Position numbers and translations under genes: made by a program
Notes under the pieces: generated by a model
What the model was told of the DNA's origin: nothing
What the model saw: the letters and a program-made list of their open reading frames with translations, nothing else
Databases searched by the model: none
Shown: piece after piece, positions 44,964-53,343 of the stretch
How positions within the stretch are numbered: the first letter of the stretch is position 1
Layout of the letters: every line of letters begins with the position of its first letter
From: an archaeon
Lineage (GTDB): Archaea > Iainarchaeota > Iainarchaeia > Iainarchaeales > JAAZKV01
Assembly: GCA_041664905.1 (NCBI GenBank)
Contig: JBAYJX010000002.1
Span: forward strand, 530 to 64,529
Direction: 5' to 3'
Length of the DNA stretch: 64,000 bases

Positions 44964-45914
44964 ATGCCTGCATTACAACTTAAGTCCCCTCGCGCAATGA
45001 GTCGGAGACTTAACACAATTAAATTTTTTCAAACGCATGGAGCTAAGATAGATAAATTTGGAACTGCAGCAGGAATTACTGCGGCAGTTACGGGCGCTGC
45101 AACTTCAAGAAGCATTCCGCTAGTTTTAGGTGCAGGAACATTACTTATTGGTGCAGCGTATAGAAAAAAAATTGCGCCAAATCTTTCACAATACCTTTCA
45201 ACAAATATTTCTAAATTAATTGGAAATAAAGAATTTTCTCACCAAGTTAGCCAAACCGTTTCTAACCCCGAACTAAAATCCTTGGTTCGCTGTGCTGGCC
45301 AAGTACAAACAGCTGAAGAAAAAGGGGCTTTTGAAAGATTCACTCGAGGCAAACAAATTTTAAGTGACACAAAAATATTAAGAGGAATTTTTGCAAGAGA
45401 AATTAGAGAAAATTATCGGTCAAAATCCAAAGATTTGCTTAATGAGGCCAGAAAACTTTCTTTATCATTTAGAAGCAACTCGATTAATTATGAAAAATTA
45501 ACTTCTGTTGCAAAAAACATTGCATTAAAGAATCAAAAAAATCTTGGTAAAGAGAATTGGATGCGTGACACTATGGTTGGCTCTTTTCAATCAGCACTTG
45601 GTTTTGGTTTACTGGGGGCGATGGATAGAGCTAGAATTGTTGACCGCAGGACACGAGAAGAAATTATTAAAACACTTACCCCAAAAATAAACGAAGCTGT
45701 TCAAACACTTGGACGAGTTAATTCTTTTTGGGAAAAAAGAGTACAGGAAGAATTAGTGGAAAATATTAGAGCTTTGGGACAAGAAGCAATCCCAAACCTT
45801 AGACATGTACTTGACGCTATTGATCCAACTCTTGTTGTTGAAATGAGTAACCACATTTATACAGCTGCGGGAACCGAAAGTAGTATGCTTGTATTAAATT
45901 CTGTGCAAAAATAA
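44964..45914 (+). CDS. hypothetical membrane-associated protein with a basic N-terminus
   Basis: MPALQLKSPRAMSRRLNTIKFF..., with hydrophobic GITAAVTGAA / LVLGAGTLLIGAAY segments. No family recognised. Confidence 0.45.
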   Translation: MPALQLKSPRAMSRRLNTIKFFQTHGAKIDKFGTAAGITAAVTGAATSRSIPLVLGAGTLLIGAAYRKKIAPNLSQYLSTNISKLIGNKEFSHQVSQTVSNPELKSLVRCAGQVQTAEEKGAFERFTRGKQILSDTKILRGIFAREIRENYRSKSKDLLNEARKLSLSFRSNSINYEKLTSVAKNIALKNQKNLGKENWMRDTMVGSFQSALGFGLLGAMDRARIVDRRTREEIIKTLTPKINEAVQTLGRVNSFWEKRVQEELVENIRALGQEAIPNLRHVLDAIDPTLVVEMSNHIYTAAGTESSMLVLNSVQK

Positions 45915-45934
45915 AAAGCAAAATAAATACTAAT

Positions 45935-47215
45935 TTACTTTGCCCTCAGCTCTTTTATTATTTCTTCTGCTTTTGCTTGATTGATTTGTTTTGCTTCAAT
46001 CATTTTTTGTGAAACTAAATCAATTTCTTCTTCGTGTGCACCCGCTTGTGCGGCTAAGGATTTTGCGTGTAACTTCATGTGTCCTGCTTGTATCCCTGTT
46101 GTTGCTAGTGCTCTTAGTGCTGCAAAGTTTTGTGCTAAGCCTACGCTTGCCCCAACCCGGGCAAGTTCACTAGATGTTTTTACTCCAAGTATTTTTAGTG
46201 AGAGTTGTGCCATTGGGTTTGATTTCATTGTCCCGCCGATTGTTGCGAGAACCATTGGTAATTCTATTTCTCCAACTAAATCCCCATTAGTATCTTTGTA
46301 ATATTTTGTTAAAGAACTGTATGGGTGATTGTATGCTGCAAATGAGTGTGCTCCTGCTTCTACTCCGCGAAAATCGTTTCCTGTTGCAATTGTTAGCGCA
46401 TCTATCCCATTCATTATTCCTTTGTTGTGAGTTGAGGTTCTAAATTGAGTTGCTACTGCATACTCATACGCATCAAGTATTCTCTCAATTATTTCTTCAC
46501 CTAACATTTTTCCATCTGCATTTTCTTCTAGAGTTTTTTTAGTCCAAATTGTTTTTGCTCGGGCTTTTCGGTTAATTGCTAAGTTTGAAATTATTCTTAA
46601 TCGCACTTCCCCACCAGATATTTCTTCTATCATTGGAGAAATTTTTTCAGTCATTGTGTTTATTGCATTTGCCCCCATTGCATCTCGTACATCAACGAGT
46701 AATTGGATTGAAATCATTTCTCCGCGAGAAGTTTTTAGTACCTCTCCTTTTATTTCGCGTGGTCCACCACCAAATTTTACAAGTATGGGATCAATTTTTG
46801 TAATACTCTCAAGTATTTCTTTTTTCTTTGACAATATTTTGATTAGTGAATCAGTTGCATTCTTGCATTTTACTATTTGAATTAACCCAATCATTATTGG
46901 TTCGTCTGAACTTGTAGTAAATCCGCTTGATAATTTTGCAGCGTTTGATGCTGCAGCAACTACACTGGGTTCTTCAAGTGCGAAAGGAATAATATATTCT
47001 TTTCCATCAATCACAAAGTTTGTTGCAATTCCATAAGGCAGGGGCATTGTTCCAATTACATTTTCTATCATTCTATCTGCAACACTAAACGGAAGAGGCC
47101 CTTCTTTTGCGAGGAGAGTTTTTTCTGCGTCAGTTAGGTTAAATTCTTTTGCAACTATTTCTTGTCTTTCCGAAATTGTTTTTTTGTAAAATCCTTTGAA
47201 TGCTTCTTTGTTCAT
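45935..47215 (-). CDS. hmgA: HMG-CoA reductase, class II-like
   Basis: ENVIGTMPLPYG, ALEEPSVVAAASNAAK (class II-type EEPSV rather than class I TTEGC) and DAMGAN motifs. Confidence 0.9.
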   Translation of the reverse strand: MNKEAFKGFYKKTISERQEIVAKEFNLTDAEKTLLAKEGPLPFSVADRMIENVIGTMPLPYGIATNFVIDGKEYIIPFALEEPSVVAAASNAAKLSSGFTTSSDEPIMIGLIQIVKCKNATDSLIKILSKKKEILESITKIDPILVKFGGGPREIKGEVLKTSRGEMISIQLLVDVRDAMGANAINTMTEKISPMIEEISGGEVRLRIISNLAINRKARAKTIWTKKTLEENADGKMLGEEIIERILDAYEYAVATQFRTSTHNKGIMNGIDALTIATGNDFRGVEAGAHSFAAYNHPYSSLTKYYKDTNGDLVGEIELPMVLATIGGTMKSNPMAQLSLKILGVKTSSELARVGASVGLAQNFAALRALATTGIQAGHMKLHAKSLAAQAGAHEEEIDLVSQKMIEAKQINQAKAEEIIKELRAK

Positions 47216-47260
47216 CGTATCCCCTCGTTTTTTTGCTTAATCAAATAAATTGGCTTTACT

Positions 47261-48607
47261 TTAAATATCCTTGTTAGAGGAATCAATTTTTGGAACTACT
47301 TTTTCAATGTTGTCAACGTGCTTTATTCCCATTGCTTCGTTTGCTGTTTTTGAGTCCAAATACTTTATTATGGCAACAGCGGTTTTTCTCCCAGCATCAA
47401 TTGCGTGTATTACTGTTTTTGGTCCGTGTACACAATCCCCTGCAGCGAATACATTTGGGATTGTTGTTTGGAAACTTTTGCTTACTTCAATACACCCATT
47501 TTTTCCTGTTCTTATTGGGGTCTTTAGGGAATCATCGTCATGTTCTTGCCCTATTGCACAAATTACTTTTGTGCATTCAATTTTTCCGTTTATGTGGTTT
47601 GAATATACAACCGCTTCTACTTTGTCTGTGCCCAGTATTTCTTTTACTCGGGCTTGGAAAATAAATTTTACCCCTTCTTCTTTTGCTTCTTCATAGTCTT
47701 TTGGTGAAACACTTTTTGTTGCTTCATTTTCTGCAGCAACAGTTACACAAGTTACATCTCCGCCTAATCGAATTGCACTTCTTGCTGCATCAATCCCCAC
47801 ATATCCTGCTCCAACTACTACTACTTTTTCATTTGAAACAATCATTGGAATATTTGATTGGTTCATATTAATTAAAAATTTCATTGCTGACATTACTCCT
47901 TTAAGTGACGAACCCGGAACATCAATTAGTCTTGGTTTCCCTACCCCAGTTCCAATAAATACAGCATCATATCTTTTTGAAATTACATCTAGTCCTTCTT
48001 CATCAATTTTTGCATTTGGTTCAAAATCAACTCCTAAATTGTGTAGTCCTGTTAACTCTCGTGAAACAACTTCTTTAGGTAAGCGAAATTCTGGAACACC
48101 GTATTTTATTACTCCCCCAAATGCATTTGTCCCTTCAAGTATTGTTACATGCATTCCAATCATAGATAAATATGCAGCTACTGCTAATCCGCTTGGGCCT
48201 GAACCAATTACTGCAATATTTTTTCCGACTAAGTTACGTTTTTCTGGAAAAGGAGAACTGTCCCCAATAAATCTTTCTATTCCTCCAACACAGACTGGGC
48301 CGGCAGGAGTTTTTGATAAGATACAAAATCCTTCGCATTGTTTTTCGTGTTGACAAATTCTTCCGCATATGCTTGGGAAAAAGTTTCTTTCTCTTATAAT
48401 TGAAACTGCGCTAACAATATTTCCTTCTTTGAATGCTTTAATAAAACCAGGAATGTTTACTCCTGCAGGACATCCTTTTACACAATTAGGAACTGGGCAT
48501 TGAAGACAGCGTGCCGCTTCATTCACAGCTTGTTCAGCAGTGAACCCTGTTTCCACTTCTTTGAAAGTAGTTTTTCTTTCTTCAAGAGGGAGTAATGGAA
48601 CTTTCAT
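47261..48607 (-). CDS. GltD/SudA/NfnB-family NAD(P)H-dependent FAD/Fe-S oxidoreductase
   Basis: N-terminal Cys clusters (CLQCPVPNCVKGCP, CGRICQHEKQCEGFC) and two Rossmann GxGxxG motifs (VIGSGPSG, VVGAGYVG). ATG at 48607 after GGTG. Confidence 0.8.
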   Translation of the reverse strand: MKVPLLPLEERKTTFKEVETGFTAEQAVNEAARCLQCPVPNCVKGCPAGVNIPGFIKAFKEGNIVSAVSIIRERNFFPSICGRICQHEKQCEGFCILSKTPAGPVCVGGIERFIGDSSPFPEKRNLVGKNIAVIGSGPSGLAVAAYLSMIGMHVTILEGTNAFGGVIKYGVPEFRLPKEVVSRELTGLHNLGVDFEPNAKIDEEGLDVISKRYDAVFIGTGVGKPRLIDVPGSSLKGVMSAMKFLINMNQSNIPMIVSNEKVVVVGAGYVGIDAARSAIRLGGDVTCVTVAAENEATKSVSPKDYEEAKEEGVKFIFQARVKEILGTDKVEAVVYSNHINGKIECTKVICAIGQEHDDDSLKTPIRTGKNGCIEVSKSFQTTIPNVFAAGDCVHGPKTVIHAIDAGRKTAVAIIKYLDSKTANEAMGIKHVDNIEKVVPKIDSSNKDI

Positions 48608-48690
48608 CTTTAACACCAAAATATCTAAGTTACTTGTATACTTAGGCCAAAAATTGCCTCACCAGAATAGAAGTATTACTTGGAAGTAGT

Positions 48691-48765
48691 GTTATAAAAA
48701 CCTTTCCAAAAAACGAAGTTAAGTTCGGCAATAGACGAAGTTAGAGGGGCTTAGAGGGGTTTTTT
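48691..48765. promoter_or_regulatory. conserved upstream element, copy 2, upstream of the GltD-like/HMGR operon
   Basis: gttataaaaacctttccaaaaaacgaagttaagttcggcaatagacg, followed by the direct repeat ttagagggg x2 and a T-run. Confidence 0.5.
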
Positions 48766-48804
48766 ACTAAAAAGCAACGTAATTAATTAGATTAAAACAA
48801 AATT

Positions 48805-49851
48805 TTATTGTTTTAACCAGTCTTTTAATTTTCCTAATAAAATTGGTTTTTCTAAGTGAAGTTCACTTAGGTCTTTGCATCCGGTTAAGAAGGAAGCAAT
48901 TTCCATTTCCTTTTTAAAATTAGATAAATATTCTACTATTCCACTAGCACCATCTTTTTGTTGTGCCTTAAGTACTGGCATTGCATTACCAACCATGTCC
49001 GCGCCTAACACAATTGCTTTTACTCCTTCAAGCCCGTTACGTATTCCACCTGTTGCAATTACTTTTTTTGTAGTAGAGTGTAATGCGTTTTTTGTTTCAA
49101 TTAAAGTTACTGCTGTGGGTAAACCAAATTCTCTAAAAACTAATCCAAATCCATTTTTGTGTCTTAGTGAATCAACTGCTGTCCAACTTGTTCCGCCAGC
49201 CCCTTGTACATCAATTGCTTTTATTTTTGTTTCTTTTAGGGCCATTGCAACACCGTAAGATATTCCGTGTCCAACTTCTTTAACATAAACAGGAACTTTT
49301 ATTTTATCACTAAACTCAGTAACTTTTGCAACGAGTCCTGAAAAATCTGCATCCCCTTCTGGTTGAACTGCTTCTTGGGCTGCATTTAAGTGAATCGCAA
49401 GAGCATCAGCTTCTATTGCAAGTAATGCTTCATTTATTTGTTCAGGAGTGAATTCTTTTAACTGAGCAGCACCAATGTTTCCTGCTAAAAAAATATCCGG
49501 AGCAACATCTCTTACAAAGTAAGTGTCCATTAAAGAGGGTTGTTGTATCATCGCACGCATACTGCCTAACCCCATTCCTACTCCCAACTCTTGACATGCT
49601 CGAGCAATATCAAGATTAATTTTTTTTGATACTTGCGCTCCGCCAGTTATTGCAGAAGCAATAAATGGAAAAGAAAACTTTTTACCTAAAAAATCAGTAC
49701 CTAAATTAACTTCGTTTAAATTTAATTCAGGCAAAGATTTGTAATTTAGTTCAACGCATTCAAGAAGAGTTGTTTTATCATTAAATGAAACGTTTTTTGT
49801 TGAACACAATTTTATGTGATCGGCTTTTCTTTTTTCTATTGTTGAAACCAT
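48805..49851 (-). CDS. fni: isopentenyl-diphosphate delta-isomerase, type 2 (FMN-dependent)
   Basis: KRKADHI, GLGSMRA, VKEVGHG, QGAGGTSW motifs. 348 aa. Confidence 0.9.
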   Translation of the reverse strand: MVSTIEKRKADHIKLCSTKNVSFNDKTTLLECVELNYKSLPELNLNEVNLGTDFLGKKFSFPFIASAITGGAQVSKKINLDIARACQELGVGMGLGSMRAMIQQPSLMDTYFVRDVAPDIFLAGNIGAAQLKEFTPEQINEALLAIEADALAIHLNAAQEAVQPEGDADFSGLVAKVTEFSDKIKVPVYVKEVGHGISYGVAMALKETKIKAIDVQGAGGTSWTAVDSLRHKNGFGLVFREFGLPTAVTLIETKNALHSTTKKVIATGGIRNGLEGVKAIVLGADMVGNAMPVLKAQQKDGASGIVEYLSNFKKEMEIASFLTGCKDLSELHLEKPILLGKLKDWLKQ

Positions 49852-49933
49852 GAAACATACTTATTCATCGGTGGTTAAAAACCTATTCTAGAAAAGAACC
49901 AACTTTTTATATAAGAAAAACTCCAAATATATT

Positions 49934-50644
49934 ATGTCTTTTGGTAAAGCTAGTGAATTTGCGATGCGCATTCAAAGTAAAGCAAGAGGGATTAGATTAA
50001 GTAAAAAAAGAACTGTTTTTCCAAGTAGTTCAGGAGACTCGGTTGCTATAAGCAAAAGAGGGGTTGTAAAATTTTTTGCTGAAGGAAATGTTGTTTACCC
50101 CAGGCCTGCCGGTAGAAAATCTGGTCCGCCTATAACAAATCATGAAGCGATAAAATACTATTCTTCTTTAATGCACGAAAAATTTTGGGAACCACACACA
50201 GCTTACACAGGAGCAAAAAAAATAGAATATTTTTCGGTGAGGCCAGTTAAACTAATTAAAGAATCAGCAAGGTATCATGTTGTTGAGAGAGTTGCTGGCC
50301 CAAATCTACAAGACCTCTTAAGTTATGTTCAAGCAAAAACTACCCCCAAATTAAGTGATGTTGCTAATTTAACAGAAAATGCTAAATTGGGTCAACAAGC
50401 AAGAAGAGATTCTCTTGCAAGATTTATAAAATCTCACAAAAATGAATTAAGGGCTTGGAAAAGCAGTGTTGGTTTGTTTCATAACGAATTTTCTAGTCAG
50501 CTCCACTGGATAACTAGTAATTCTTATTCAGGAATAACTGACATGTATCAAAGTCACTTAAAAGAAAGCGATTTTATTGTAGAGGGATTTGAAAAAAGAG
50601 AAGGCAAAGTTATAATCAAATTAGTTATGGCTGATTTTAAATAA
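49934..50644 (+). CDS. arginine-rich hypothetical protein, possibly a degenerate kinase-like fold
   Basis: MRIQSKARGIRLSKKR N-terminal region. HVVERVAGPNLQDLL resembles the hinge IVMEYIAGVELKEVL of the Bud32 gene in this window. No clear catalytic loop. Confidence 0.45.
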   Translation: MSFGKASEFAMRIQSKARGIRLSKKRTVFPSSSGDSVAISKRGVVKFFAEGNVVYPRPAGRKSGPPITNHEAIKYYSSLMHEKFWEPHTAYTGAKKIEYFSVRPVKLIKESARYHVVERVAGPNLQDLLSYVQAKTTPKLSDVANLTENAKLGQQARRDSLARFIKSHKNELRAWKSSVGLFHNEFSSQLHWITSNSYSGITDMYQSHLKESDFIVEGFEKREGKVIIKLVMADFK

Positions 50645-50670
50645 AAAAAATAAAAATAAACTAACTAGAT

Positions 50671-51756
50671 TCAAATTTTTCTATTTACTAAATGTTCAGC
50701 AAATTTCTTCAAAAGTGTTTTAGCATTACTCTCTTGAAGTACTTTGTCAACTTTACTCCAAGCCCCCAAAACAAGTTCTTCAGCTTTTTTCTTTGAGTAT
50801 TCAATCCCATCGTATTTATTTATTATGTCAAGCGCTTCTTGAATTATTTTTTCATCCAGCGTATGTGAATCAAGTATCTCAATTAACCTAGCAGTGTCTT
50901 TTTTAGTTGCTTTCTCTAGTGTTCGAATAATTATTAAAGTTCTTTTTCCTTCGTGTATATCTCCACCAATACTTCCTTTTTTTTCTTTAAAATTGGTTTC
51001 TGTTAACTCTAAAATATCATCTTGTATTTGAAACCCCACTCCAACTATTTGACCAAAGTCCCCTAATGCAGTATATTGTTCTTTTGTTGCGCCCCCTACA
51101 ATTGCCCCTAACTGGCAAGCAAACTTTGTCAGCACCCCAGTTTTACACAAACACATATTCAAGTATTGTTTTTCGTTTGGAGTGTACCCTCCGTGGTGCC
51201 ACTCAATGTCCCATGCTTGCCCGCTTGATACGCGAATCATTTCCATAATAAATAAATCGTAAATTGCAATTCTTTTTTCTTCACTTAAATTAAACTCATT
51301 ATTTTTGATTTTTATTAGCGGCCAAAAGTACATCGTTGTTCCAGTGTTAACTGCTGTATCAACTCCAAATATTTTGTGAGTGCAGGGTTTTCCTCTTCTT
51401 GCAACTGAATCATCTTCGACATCATCGTTCATCAAAGTTCCGTTGTGGATTAATTCAACCATTGGAGCAAGTTTTGCCCCTTCTTCCCAACTTCCGCCAA
51501 CCGCTTCGCTAACAATGCAAGTCATTACTGGCCGAAATCTTTTTCCGCCCCGGTCTAAGAGATCCCAAATTGGTTCGTTTACTCCTTTTGTATAAGCAGG
51601 CAAATCAAGCTCAAAAACAGTTTTTCCTAAAGCGCTTTCAATCCATTCTTTTGTTGCTTTTCGAGGAATATATTTTTCAATTTCTTTTTCTATTTGTGGA
51701 ACTTGTGATTTTAAAAATTCCTTAATATCCATTTCAGCTTCTTTTTTTGAAATCAT
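50671..51756 (-). CDS. geranylgeranyl diphosphate synthase (trans-polyprenyl synthase)
   Basis: First and second Asp-rich motifs LMNDDVEDD and FQIQDDILE. ATG at 51756 after GGTTGA. Confidence 0.85.
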   Translation of the reverse strand: MISKKEAEMDIKEFLKSQVPQIEKEIEKYIPRKATKEWIESALGKTVFELDLPAYTKGVNEPIWDLLDRGGKRFRPVMTCIVSEAVGGSWEEGAKLAPMVELIHNGTLMNDDVEDDSVARRGKPCTHKIFGVDTAVNTGTTMYFWPLIKIKNNEFNLSEEKRIAIYDLFIMEMIRVSSGQAWDIEWHHGGYTPNEKQYLNMCLCKTGVLTKFACQLGAIVGGATKEQYTALGDFGQIVGVGFQIQDDILELTETNFKEKKGSIGGDIHEGKRTLIIIRTLEKATKKDTARLIEILDSHTLDEKIIQEALDIINKYDGIEYSKKKAEELVLGAWSKVDKVLQESNAKTLLKKFAEHLVNRKI

Positions 51757-51857
51757 TTTAATCAACCAAAATTAACTATAATCTATTTCCAAGCTTTAAA
51801 AAACATATCCCTAACTCAACCATTGCAAAGTATTTAATATCAAAATTTGTAAATTAA

Positions 51858-53303
51858 TTATTCAATAGAAAGTTGACTTTCAAACTTTTCTTCGAGTAAA
51901 TCCAAAAATTCTTTTAATGATTCCACAGGAACCTTGGCCCCAGCAGCAATTTTGTGCCCTCCACCTTGAACCCCATTAATCACAGTTCCGATTTCTTTTA
52001 GGGCTGCACCAATATTTAGTCCTCTTCTAACAAGTGCAGAGGTCCCGCGACCTGAAACTTTTACTGTGCCATCATTGTTTCGTGCAAGCGCAATAATTGG
52101 TTTAGTTTCTTGTATTATTGAGCCATACAACATTCCCGCAATTATCCCTACAATTGATTCATCAATTGCTTCCCCCGCATCTACAAAGTAAAAAGTTTTT
52201 CTTTCCTCAATTCCGTTTTGGTGAATAAACTGTATCCCTCTTCTTAAGTTATCTCGGTGTTGTTCCATTAGAATCATTGCTTCAGAGTAAGCATCTTTTC
52301 TATCCCCAATACACACAAGGAGCGCAACATCCGAGCGCTTATTTCTCCCACACGCATTTAAGAGAGTGGCAAATTCTTTTCCGTCACTTAGGGGCGAAAG
52401 CGGATTTTCTTTTGTAAAAATATATACTTCTCCCACAAGTTCTTTTACTTTCCATTCAGGAACATTATTTTCAATTAAAAGCATTATAAGCGCTGAAGTT
52501 AATTCTCTTTTTTGTTCGCTAGAGAGATCAGTATAGCAAGTCCATTTTTCTGTAAAAGGGTCTTTTAGAGGTAAATTTAATTGTTGTAAAAATGCTTTAC
52601 AATTATCTTCATTTGCGGTTAAACCGGGCAAGACTGGGCTTGAAGAAAAAAGTAAAAAAGAAACTAAGGGTCGCGAGATTCTCCCATAAAGTCGCAAATC
52701 TTTTTTTACTTCAATTAATTTGTGCTCAACTCCAATTTCCAAAATCTTTCGATTCATTCCAAAGAGTTCTAAATTTTGATTAAAGTCCTGCATGTCCCCT
52801 AGTGCTCCAACTACTCCAAGAACACTTAAATCAAAATTATTTTTATTTAATGCTATTGCAAAAAAAAATGTGGTTCCTGCCCCGCTAAGTTCTGTTCCCC
52901 CATTAATCCCAAAAAGTAATGGATTAACTTGCCATTTAACATTAAGTGGTTTTCCTTCAACTAAAACTGGTTGGTGGTGATCAAGAACAAAAAAATCTTC
53001 GCCAAATTCTTCTTTGAGATAATCTAGTTGTCCGGAACCAAAATCCACAAATAAATAATTTTTTCCTAAAGCGCGTATCTCACTTAAATTTTCTTTGTAC
53101 AATTGTTTTAGACAAATATTTGTCACGCGCTTTCCTTCTCGTTCTAGCGCTTTTACCGCAATTGCTCCTGCTGCGCACCCGTCAGCATCATGGTGAAACA
53201 CCACTACAAAGTCATCTCGCTTTTTTATTTCAATTGCCATTTCACTAAGCGCATCAAAAAAGCCTTTTTCATTTCGCTCAGACAAAACTTCAGAATACTG
53301 CAT
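51858..53303 (-). CDS. DHH/DHHA1 phosphoesterase, archaeal RecJ/Cdc45-like
   Basis: VVFHHDADGCAAGAI (DHH) and GGGHKIAAGA (DHHA1) motifs. 481 aa. Confidence 0.8.
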   Translation of the reverse strand: MQYSEVLSERNEKGFFDALSEMAIEIKKRDDFVVVFHHDADGCAAGAIAVKALEREGKRVTNICLKQLYKENLSEIRALGKNYLFVDFGSGQLDYLKEEFGEDFFVLDHHQPVLVEGKPLNVKWQVNPLLFGINGGTELSGAGTTFFFAIALNKNNFDLSVLGVVGALGDMQDFNQNLELFGMNRKILEIGVEHKLIEVKKDLRLYGRISRPLVSFLLFSSSPVLPGLTANEDNCKAFLQQLNLPLKDPFTEKWTCYTDLSSEQKRELTSALIMLLIENNVPEWKVKELVGEVYIFTKENPLSPLSDGKEFATLLNACGRNKRSDVALLVCIGDRKDAYSEAMILMEQHRDNLRRGIQFIHQNGIEERKTFYFVDAGEAIDESIVGIIAGMLYGSIIQETKPIIALARNNDGTVKVSGRGTSALVRRGLNIGAALKEIGTVINGVQGGGHKIAAGAKVPVESLKEFLDLLEEKFESQLSIE

Positions 53304-53343
53304 GAAATAATTCTACTAAAGAGGGGTTTTAAATTTTGGTGAA

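Noticed and set aside
27927-50644. Twin-arginine (Tat) signal peptides as the explanation for the basic N-termini of the R-rich ORFs
   Set aside because: Only 27927-28361 has a hydrophobic h-region and an AxA-like site after the basic stretch. The others lack the S/T-R-R-x-F-L-K pattern and any following hydrophobic segment.
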